Assembly: GCA_000091205.1 (NCBI GenBank)
Contig: AP006499.2
DNA length: 64,000 nucleotides
Strand: one strand, 5' to 3'
Source: Cyanidioschyzon merolae
Taxonomy: Eukaryota
How positions within the stretch are numbered: position 1 is the first letter of the stretch; every line of letters begins with the position of its first letter. Below, in pieces: positions 33,801 to 43,612 of this stretch. The notes beneath the pieces are model-generated. The model was not told the DNA's origin, ran no database searches, and saw only the letters and a program-made list of their open reading frames with translations. A program made the position numbers and the translations under genes.

Positions 33801-36800
33801 GGCGATGCTCACTTATGGCTACGGAGAGTGGGAACGGATTGCCCAGGCCATGGCCAGGGCCCAAAAAAGTGCCAATCAACGGTCTGTGTTTGAGGTTCAA
33901 CGCGCTGCTCGCAGCTGGTTGCGGCTACTTGCGGAGCACACTGCTGCCGCGCTGGTTGCTGGCGATGCCGCGGATGCCACGCAACAGGAGCGTCTCGCCC
34001 AGGAGCGCCTCGTGAAGCTTTGCAACGAGAAGCGCGTGCTGCAAGCTGCCTTTGAACCCTGGATCGATGAGAACACGCAACAACCTGTCGATGAATCGTT
34101 CACTGAACCAGTCTTCACTGAAGATAGCTACCTCGATGCAATGGAACGGAACGGGTACAACTGGATTGAACGTCTCGAATGCATCGAAGACATCAAAGAT
34201 CTGGTTCGAAACGGTGACGTTGACGGTGAGATTCCCTCGATCACCGCCAGTGGCATCTATGTGATGCCCGACTGGTGGGACGCCGAGTTCGATCGAGCCC
34301 TGATTCTGGGCACCCACAGGCACGGGTACGGCCAGTACGATGATATGAGGCGGGATCCGGATCTGCACTTTTTCGGACGACTGGCGCCTTTGCCGCAGCC
34401 GGAGCCTGGCAATGGGAACGCAGCCGAGGACGGCGACGCGAGGCTCGCCGAATGGACCGCGCTGGACCAAAGCTACCGTGAAAAGGCCGCGTCTTTGGGA
34501 CTCGACGCGGAACAGCTACGAGCACGCGAGATGCCGACCCTACATATACTGAATACGCGACTGAAGAAGCTGCTTAAGGCATTCCAGCGCCTACGACGGC
34601 GACAAGATCGTCGACGGAGCCAACTGGAACAGGCCGAAGAACGTGCGCGTGCTCGTGAGGAGCAACAGTTAGCACGCCGACGACAACGCGAGGCGTTTGA
34701 ACGCGAACGATCGGCTCGCTTTGAGGTTCAGGCACAACGCTGGTCCAAGCGTGAAAAGCACGACTTTGGACGTCTTCTTGGACGTCTCGGCGGCGTGGTC
34801 TATGACGCGGATGGGCGTATTGACTGGTCCGTTTACAAGGAGCGCTGCCAGCTTTCACGCAAGTTCGACTACAACCTCGAGCGCATGTACATTGAGATGT
34901 TGGCCATGGCTCGGGAGAGTTTTCGACGTACCGGTGACGATGCGCTCGCAAAGGCCCTCGATGAACCCATCGAGTATGCGCTGCAGTGGCGGGCCAGTCA
35001 GCATGAGTCGCGCCTCGCGGAGATGCAGCGACTGAGCCGCGAGAGCAGCGACGCTGCCACTCGATTAGCTGCGCTCGAGGAGTGCCTTCGAGCGCCCCAA
35101 CTGGAAGGTTTTCCACCGACTGAACTCGAGGAATTGCGCACCCTGTTTATTCTCTCTCGCCGTTTCGTAGAACGCGTGCGTGTCTTGCACTTTATCCGCG
35201 TCGTCGCTGCACCACTGCTACAAAACCCGGAACTCTGTTCACATCTGATCGAGAACATACCGCCGCCTCGGTCGGACACACTGCCCTCCTGGTGGCGTGT
35301 CGCTGAGGGCCACGACTTGGCGCTCCTGCGCGGCGTCATTCGCTACGGCTTCGACACCGCCCCGCTAGCACTGGACCCGTCGCTCCCGTTTCTGCCGATA
35401 TGCTCGGATTTGGCGCAGCGAGCGAGCACCGCTGAACGTGCCCCCGAAGACGGTGACCTCAGCACCGCAGAAACAGAAACACGATCCACAAACAACGAAA
35501 ACGACATCGTTGCTATGTTTGCCAAACACCGCGGTGTCTTTCTGCGTGCACGCATCGCCGCTGAGGTGCTCGTTTACGGACGTATCGAGCGCGTGCATGC
35601 AAGCGCATCGTCGGGATCCGTGAAGCCCGATGCCCTGCCCCCGCAGGTGCCACCGCTGCCGATGGACACGTCATCGATGATCACGCATGCAGCGGGCACG
35701 CTTGGCAGCTTACGTGTCTATGCGACGGCCTCGGGGGAGCCGATCTCCAGCGAGGGTGGCGATGATTTCGAGCCTGTTCCCCTGGAGCTCGTTACCGTGG
35801 ATATGTTGCAGACATTCAAGCAGTTGAAGAAGCGAGCATCTGGGGTCGTCGATGTATCGAGTTTACCAGAACAAGTAGTGAGCCTTGGTCGCTTGCTCCA
35901 GAGACAAATGATCCGCGAAGAGACCATGTCAGGGAGCACGGGGCTTGAGCACCGATCTTCTGCTCCTGCTGCTGCTGCTGCTGCTGCTGCGTCGCTGGAC
36001 ATGGTGACAGCGTCGGCTGGATCGAGTGGGAAAAACGCCTCGTTGGTGCCGAGCCTCGCCACGGCAACTGCGGAGCGTTGCGGGCATACCGGTGACACGG
36101 AGACGAATCCCGTGCCTGTGGCGACGGGTCAGCGTGCGGTTGTGCCTGCAGCGGCGGCAGCGGGATCGACAGGTCACGGATCGGCGAGTCAGCCGCAGGT
36201 ACGCAGGTCGCAGCTGCACAAAGTCGCTCGCGATGAACACGGGAACGTTCGGTTGCCGATCCAGATCGGGGTGGTCCTACGGATCGAATCCCTCGGGCAC
36301 ATTGATCCACGAGAGAGTTTCCATAACGAGCGAGCGATCTACCCAGTCGGGTATCGATCGGTGCGCACGTACACGAGTTGCGTCGATGTGAATCGCTCAA
36401 CACAGTATGTATCGGAAATTCTGGATCGAGATGGACATCCGTGGTTCCGGGTCACTTGTGCGGACATGCCGGAGGAGCCGTTCGAGGACAAGTCGCCGAG
36501 CGGATGTTGGTCTCAGATCATGCGAATCATTCGAGAGCGAACCCCGTTGGATAGACGACGCGTTCATGCCACGGTTAGCGGTCCAGAGTATTTCGGACTG
36601 ACACAGCCGATCGTCGAAGAGCTTTTGCAGTCCCTTCCAGGGGCCGCACAACTCAAGAACTACAATTTTAAGCGGTTTCTTTCTCCGGAAAAGGCGGAAT
36701 CTGAGGAATCGCTCCATCCCCTGGGCGCAGCGACGGATTCACCGGCAGCGGGTACAGCGCAAGAGCAGTTGCGAGCGGTTGAGCGCGCGAAGACCATGGC

Positions 36801-36855
36801 AGATCCGGTTCGTATCAGACTCTGCCTAGAGCCGATGGAAACAAACCCCGACTGA
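30802..36855 (+). CDS. CHD-type chromatin remodeler: tandem chromodomains, SNF2 ATPase, helicase-C, SANT-like region, C-terminal FYRN/FYRC
   Basis: Chromodomains: [16 protein letters not shown] and [19 protein letters not shown]. SNF2_N: [16 protein letters not shown]...[11 protein letters not shown]...[10 protein letters not shown]. Helicase-C: [30 protein letters not shown]...[21 protein letters not shown]. SANT-like: [24 protein letters not shown]. C-terminal FYRN-like [12 protein letters not shown] and FYRC-like [13 protein letters not shown]...SPSGCWSQI. Single 2017-aa ORF containing a (GCT)n poly-Ala tract. Confidence 0.9.
   Translation: [2017 protein letters not shown]
35959..35990 (+). 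repeat. (GCT)n trinucleotide repeat encoding poly-Ala inside the CHD gene
   Basis: gctgctgctgctgctgctgctgc is translated [12 protein letters not shown] in the CHD ORF. Confidence 0.9.
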
Positions 36856-38154
36856 TGGATGGAGATGAGCGGTTTAGAAGCATCGGATCGCAGAGGATAT
36901 GGTCCGGAATCAGGATTTTGGTTGAGGCTTTGAGCACTGCGCTGCACGAGTACGGTGTTGCGACAAAGCGTGCACCCTCGTGCATAGCGAGCATTCATGA
37001 ATCTCAGGTTGCGGCCGTGTGCATCGCCAGCGTCTTTCGCTCCAGACGCAGACAGGTGGAGCACCACCAGCACCACCGCTACCGCTGCGTGAATCACCAG
37101 CACCGGCACCAGCAGTGCCTGTCATCATGATCGTGAACGAGTTGCAAACCGTGCGGCAATCATGCAGCATGGATACCCATGCGGACAACGCTTTGTTCTG
37201 CGCATGATCGCTCCAAAGTTGCTTTTTATGATGGCGCCCCAGTCGACAAACACAGAAACGCGCACGGCCCAGGTTGTCCATGTCATGCGCAAATCACCCT
37301 GCAAATGGTCTGCGCTTACCTCTTCGTCAGGTCCACGTTCCACGAAACCTTAAACGCTTGCTTTTACGCGCAAGGCATGAGAAACATCAAAATCCGGTTC
37401 GATGGGACGCTTCGGGATCAGGGCAGCATCCAAAGCGTCAACAGCGCCAGTTTCGATCCGATGGAAAGCGTGTTTCCCGAGGAACTTTCACCTGAAGACA
37501 GCCTGTATGAAGCAAAGCGCAAGAAAGGCCGCCAAGTGTTATATTTTCCGGTACAACGATTGAATTTTGCGACGCTATCCTGACTGGTGCTAGTCGTCCG
37601 CTGACCGAGTATTTACGCCATGAACTCCCAAACGATCACGTATGTCTTGAACGCTCACAACGTTGCAGTGGGTTGCAAACTACTGGGAGCCGCCCTGGAA
37701 GCACGCGCCTTTCGTAGACGTCCCGCAGGTCGTTAGAGGTACACAGGAACCGCACGCGGTTGGTGCTGTCCAGCCTGACGGCAAAGAACCCCGGATACCT
37801 GCGGTATTCGTGCGTGATGGGCAACAACGCCACCGTTTCAGGTAAACATGCTCACTCCGGCTGCTCTGCGTGACAGCAGACAGACTCGAAAGAACAGCTC
37901 ACTGCACTGCGGCATCTGACGCCTTACCGGCGCTCGCGGTAACGCGGAGTTTGACAAGTTCGACATAGTGGCGTACTAGAGCATTCAGGCCACAGTCCGC
38001 TTGATTGGAAACTCAACCTTTCCAAGCAAGCGGGACGTTCAACCACCGTATACGAACGAAAAGCGTTTCGAGCCCCAGGTCTGTGGCAGCACGTTGCGGT
38101 TGGTGCAGGTCGGCGTGACCGTCGCCCGTGCCGTCGGAACGCAAAACAGGTGGA

Positions 38155-38197
38155 GCTGCTGCTGCTGCTGCTGCTGCTGCCGCTACTGCTGCCGTTG
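38155..38197. repeat. (GCT)n microsatellite, intergenic
   Basis: gctgctgctgctgctgctgctgccgctactgctgccg. Confidence 0.85.
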
Positions 38198-38545
38198 TCA
38201 GTTCGAAGATGGTGTACGGCACGGCGTGCCGGTGAACGATATAGCCGAGAATTTCCGGGCCTGGCTTCGCTCCCAGAAGCAGGGTGCGAATGCGAAACGT
38301 GGAAGTGTTTCCAGGAGATACTGCGAGATGCTGGCGCTTATGGAGAGATAGAAACAGGGGCTTTCCGGGTCAAAGGGAGCAATCGTTCCGTTTTTGTGCA
38401 TATGGACATGAAGTACGTGCAGGAATACTATTTTCGGAGAGGCTTTTATGACCTGAATAGCAAGGTTTTAAGGGTGGCTGGTCGCTTTTCTTCTGGAAAC
38501 CGCTGCCATGATTCATGGAGACCAAGGGATACCCGACGCTTGAGT

Positions 38546-39927
38546 CGACACCCATGAAGAACGACAATGTCATGGGTGCGCTCCGCGAGCTCGTACGCAC
38601 ACGCTCAAGTTCTGGTCTCTTGCGAATGCGATCAAGTCTCTGGGGTTTATCTCAGCGACTGCTTCCTGTTCCTGCCGCGTACTTCCGGCTTCACAGGCAC
38701 CGTTCTCTTCTGTCGCTCCAGATTCGGTGTCAGCAGTCGAAGGGTGTTGACGGCAGTGTGCGAGTCCCAACTGTTTCTCGGCCTCGGGCTGGTGTCAACG
38801 AATGCAATGCGCACTCGCGGTCGCTGCGATCTACGCATCACTTGCCATGTTCGTCTTCTTATTGTGCAGCCTCAGTGCACGTCCTTCGCAGCAGTAACGC
38901 TTGACTCTGGGCAGGTGTTTCCGTACCGTCCATCGCACCGTTTTCTCCGAGTCCTGCCTTCTGGGTCACCAGCGCTAGTCGCATCGCTCGCTACAAGCGC
39001 TGGACGGGTCCAGGCGGTTACCTCTGATACCAACCTGCATTGGCGCGCCCGCCGCTGCACCCTACGCTCATGAGCTTCACCTAGAGTGACCAGCTCGGCG
39101 AATTCGCTTGCTTCTGCGTACGAAAGCGAATGCATACGCTGTTGCGTTCGGTCAAGGACTGTGGAGCGCGATGTTGTCCATGATGAAACAAGCACCGCAA
39201 GGAATACCCTGCGGGCGAAACGAGTCTACGAATTCTGATCCGTCCACGCGCCTTTCGTGCAACGCGTCGACACCAGCTCGACTGGAAGCGCTCGCTACGA
39301 TGACTCGAGTCCGAGTCCGGGTCCGAGTCCGAGACCCCTCAACAGGTAAACGGAAGCGTCGGGCACCCCCGGGGTCGTATCCCGTGAGCGATACCGTGCT
39401 GCTGTGGAGTCTCGTTGCGTCGATAGCCACGGAGGAAGGATGATTTGTCTTCCAAGCGGAACTCAATATTGGACATGACATCGTCTGCGGGCCGTCGGCA
39501 GGAGCTTGTGATCAAGCCGTCATGGCGTATCGTAGAGTGTTTTGCATCGTTCCTCTGGCGTTGCGGACTGCTGCGCCCACGAGTTGCCATGAAGCAGCTG
39601 AATCGTGAGCTTGAAGCACGCGTGACTGGAGCGTGCGTCTCGTCATGCGAGGTGAAGAGCCGAGGCATGCTCGTTTGAACCGGATAAAGAAATCTGTTAT
39701 TTTGCATACGCTAATTCGAGGAGGTCGCGACTCATCTTGATTCTGGTGTCGCAGCGAATGCAACCGGTTGAGCGTCGACGGAGCCGCACCGGAACGTTCA
39801 CCGAGAATCCTGAAACTACTGGTGAATCTGGAAACCCCTATTGGGTGAATCTGAGTGTCGAGGTTGCAAATCTGGAAAACGGTTGGAAAAAATCGAAAGG
39901 CAGGAGCAGTCGACTAGTGCAGTATTC
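38546..39927 (-). repeat. Family-X repeat, inverted-repeat arm L (~1.38 kb)
   Basis: Reverse complement of 43613-45002. Identical 168-aa and 77-aa ORF artefacts appear on opposite strands in the track (38567..39073+ = 44475..44981-; 39445..39678+ = 43857..44090-). Contains a (GAGTCC)n hexamer repeat at 39306-39333. Confidence 0.9.
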
Positions 39928-41963
39928 TATTTTCGTTGGGCACTGGTTGAGACAGCAGCTGCAAGTTGCGAAAGAATGCGCGGTGCCAGACATCTTGGAA
40001 TGTAGTGAAATCCTCAACAGTAATTGCGGAAGAAGCGCTCTATTGCTTGGATATACACGTGAGTGACGGCCTTGCCGCTCGGGTTCAGGTCGTAGGTCAA
40101 CGGTTGCATACAGTCTCTACAGTGAAGCATTAGAGCAACTTCGCGAAGAGCATTGACGGTGTATGGTTCAGTTTTTTTTTGCGTACAGAGAGGAAATGGA
40201 ATAAAGTTGACAGATATGATATAGCCCGACGCAATATCAATCTGCACGTACTTCGTAACTACGAATTGCGAGTCGAGCAACAAGGCTCGTTTTCAACTGT
40301 TCAACATAGGTGAAGAGCAATGGTTCATTGTGGGTGTGGAAACGGGCTTGAAGAGTATCATGCCCGTTGTTTTGCCTCTGAGTCACGGATACGGGGCCAA
40401 AGGCTTACACTGAACAAGACGAGGTTGCCCAGCTTTGCAGGGCTCTGTACTTTCGAGAGTCGTACATGACACACGGTACGCGACGTACCAACAGGTAACA
40501 GGATACTGTTAGAATAATCTCGATGCTCTGAGCACTGCACCCGGCAGACGAGATGCTTTGTGCGCTTCATTCGAAGGTTGCATCAGCGTCCGAGAATCCT
40601 GATGCAGGCGAACATTGGCAGGATTGCATGAAACCACGCTGGGGGCGCCAACGGTTTCGGTTGTACGGTGGCGAGGACGGTGCATACGTCAACTTCATCA
40701 ATGCGCTGGAGAAGGCGAAGACCGATACGTCGCATCGTTTGGCGGTTGAATTCTGTGGCACTGGACGTGCTGTAGAGCACACACGCTGCACTCCTGCACC
40801 ATCGAAGAGAGTGGACTGCTGGCGGAGGAAGCGATTCGTCACGTTTCCCATCGATTAGTTCAGGACAATATACATGCATCACAAGCACAGGCGTGCGCTC
40901 AGACTGGTCCAGAAGAAGATAGTGAAACAGAGCCGGATACACAAGGTGATGTGCGGTAAGCTAGCCGAACGTCAGATAGCGAGATAATCGAAGTTGTGAG
41001 GTTTGCTGTGGTTTGTTTCCGACCGCATCCATGTGCGCGGAAGCGCCTTCCGCACCGAGCCTTGAACGCCTCGTTCAACAAGCGGAAATATCCTGTACTT
41101 TCGGATCGTCCAGCGCTGCTCTGTCGAGCGAATATTCGAGTGAACCGTTTAGAACTCAGTGTGAGCATTGTGCTCAAACGCTGACGACTTCCAATGAAAA
41201 ACATAGCAAACGCCAAGAGGGAGGGCATCGCATTCCTGCCTCGAACAAGGCACTGGGATGGTACGGGAACGCGATCCGGCATGGCTTCAGTGCCTTACGT
41301 ATACATAGGGAGAGAGTTTCTCGGGCTTTTGTTCGACGATACTGGTATTCTATTATCCGACGTTACTGGGCAAGTCCAAATTCAAAATGCAACATTTCAT
41401 GGCAACGCTACAGCACGTGCCAGCGTCAGATCAACAGCGAATCGCCTCGGCAACGGAGACCAACCCCTGGGTAGTTGTATCATAAGCGCAAACGCTCCTC
41501 GCTAACGTACAGTGCCGAGAGCAGGTACTAGGATTCACCCATTGTGGTAGATCATCTCCCTTGGACTCCAAATTCGCGATACCGGAACCCATTGCATACG
41601 TACGTGCAGAAAAAGCAGATGATTTCCCTAGCACCAGGACATTTTTTCATGATTCATATATTCCAATATGCGACCTTTCTGCGGCACAGCGGAAAGTAGC
41701 TCAAGTTTCTCGCTCTTGTGAGAACGCAGTAAAGCTGATCGGTATGTAATGCGATTTTTTGCAATCCTGTAAATCGACCAAGAACTTGGGGTTGTCTTCC
41801 ATCGCAACGGTTGGCACCCTGTGCGAGAAACGATGCCGCCGCCTCCGTCGACGTCACTGGAATGCAACCTCGGGTCTTCAAACGTGCGTTTCGGGTCGCC
41901 AAACGCGAAGCCGTGTTCACAAAGACTACCAAGGCACTCGAACATCAGTGCAGCATCCGCGAA

Positions 41964-43310
41964 TCACTGTGCGTCGCGTCTTTCAAAGGCCGCTATGAAA
42001 TACGCAGAACGTGACGAGAAACCTGTAACGGGAGCTGTGGCTATTTCTGCAGTGCTTGCGCCTATCCTTGGACCAGAGACTCCAAGCGGGGTTCGTGTCT
42101 GCGCTGCCTGCGCGGGAATACGAACCGCTGCAGAGCAGCCAGCCAAACCACGATGCGGCCACGCGGGGAAGACAGTGTCCAAGCGCCAACGACTTGCGAT
42201 GAACGGATCGGCGAGCAGCGCCTCGACAACTTTTTCGTTTTCCTCAATCAGTACGCTACACGTGGAGTAGACAACCCGCCGGACTCGAGGAAAAGCCACC
42301 AGCGCATGCCGAAGTAGCTGAATCTGAACGGCAGCCAGTCGACCGATTCTGGACCAGTTATAGCGCTCCCCGACGGGCCGGTAACGCACTAAACCAGACC
42401 CTGAGCACGACGGATCGACTAGGATCGCTGACGCTTGCGCAAGAGCGCCATCATGAGCATCATCGGATACCACTGTTCGAAAGTCCTTCAGATGCATGCG
42501 AATGCTCTGGGTGAATCCTGCGCTGCGAACACGCGATACCATCGCCCGATAACGTTCGGCATCTCTTTCGAATGCATAAACCATGCCACTCTGTTGCAGC
42601 AGATTGGCAAGAAACATGCTTTTATTCCCAGGTGCTGCACATGCATCGATAAGGTGCCAGCCGCGTTGTGGTTGGAGCGCGAGCGCAGCCAGGCACGAAC
42701 CTCTGTCCTGCACGATGAGTAGCCCGCGCTGCACCCACTCATGGCTGAGGAATGCCCCTAGGTCTCCATGGAAACACCAGAAGAGGTCCGGGTATGCAAG
42801 ATCGCGTTCAACGCATCCAGGGAAGGCGCGTTCGACTGCCGCAGGATCCAAACCGCCAAGGACTTGCGGTCGAAACCAGAAAAAGCGATAATCCTCTGTT
42901 TGTTGAAAAGATGGCGGCTCATCGGTGTTCGTCCTGGACCCGCCACAGGACGTTGTTGATGCGCTGAGCAATTTTTTGAGCTTACGAGCGATGAACCCTC
43001 CAGCGCGAAGCAAGTTACCGCGGCCAAAACAGCGTTCGTAGACCACAACTCGAGCTAGCCAGTGGTTCGTGGGACGTCTCAACCAGTCGTGCCACCAGCG
43101 CCGTTCATCTTTTGGTTGCTGCTGGATCGCACTCTGCAGTATCCGCTCGAGTTCGTGGCTCCAGCGGTGTGTCTCGGTTGCCAAGGCGTACACGCGTGGC
43201 CACTCGGTACCCAGACGCGTTCGTTCGCGGTACAGAAACGTGCGCAGCGAAGCGGATGACGTTTCCGTCAGCGTTAAAACCTGCGCAACGCTTCTATAGA
43301 CGGGGTGCAT
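41964..43310 (-). CDS. NOL1/NOP2/Sun-family RNA cytosine-C5 methyltransferase (NSUN5/Rcm1-like size)
   Basis: SAM-binding motif I (LIDACAAPGNKS), catalytic motif IV (ILVDPSCSGSG, cf. DAPCSGTG) and motif VI (VYSTCSV) are present. The gene lies in the spacer between the inverted family-X arms. Confidence 0.8.
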   Translation of the reverse strand: MHPVYRSVAQVLTLTETSSASLRTFLYRERTRLGTEWPRVYALATETHRWSHELERILQSAIQQQPKDERRWWHDWLRRPTNHWLARVVVYERCFGRGNLLRAGGFIARKLKKLLSASTTSCGGSRTNTDEPPSFQQTEDYRFFWFRPQVLGGLDPAAVERAFPGCVERDLAYPDLFWCFHGDLGAFLSHEWVQRGLLIVQDRGSCLAALALQPQRGWHLIDACAAPGNKSMFLANLLQQSGMVYAFERDAERYRAMVSRVRSAGFTQSIRMHLKDFRTVVSDDAHDGALAQASAILVDPSCSGSGLVRYRPVGERYNWSRIGRLAAVQIQLLRHALVAFPRVRRVVYSTCSVLIEENEKVVEALLADPFIASRWRLDTVFPAWPHRGLAGCSAAVRIPAQAAQTRTPLGVSGPRIGASTAEIATAPVTGFSSRSAYFIAAFERRDAQ

Positions 43311-43612
43311 GAACCGTTCATCACTCGGGTAAGTGTAGTGACTGCCCCCAGGCGGTGCTCAACGTGCCCGACTCGACTCGCACACTAGACAAGTTTTGCA
43401 CCCGCGGCGCGCTGCAGACAGCGGGCTTGTGTACTCGGCACACTGCGGATACCCGAGTGGAAAAGGAAGATGCTCGACAGAACACTCCTATCAGAGAGCG
43501 ATTGGGTTGTAGGATTGCTTTGTCGGTGTAGCGGTCGACGAGGAAGATAATGCAAATAGGTACGGATATGCCACTGCGCGATGCTACACTAGTGTCAGAT
43601 CAACATGGAATA

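Noticed and set aside
35959-35990. GCT repeat tracts as a disease-type expansion or regulatory element
   Set aside because: These are just short trinucleotide microsatellites at three sites. One encodes a 9-Ala run. No evidence of function is visible from sequence alone.
34574-36403. Long antisense ORFs (180-195 aa) inside the CHD gene, and similar ones inside Sec63, PreP and Hsp90
   Set aside because: These are typical GC-rich frame artefacts. They have no motifs, a low-complexity Arg/Ser/Pro composition, and overlap a strongly supported sense-strand gene.
38567-39073. Identical 168-aa ORFs in both inverted-repeat arms (and 77-, 109- and 122-aa ORFs) as candidate protein genes
   Set aside because: They have no recognisable motif. 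Reading frames are not preserved in the other family-X copies (DR and solo), which align at the DNA level with indels. Identity between arms is explained by DNA-level repeat homogenisation, not purifying selection on a protein.
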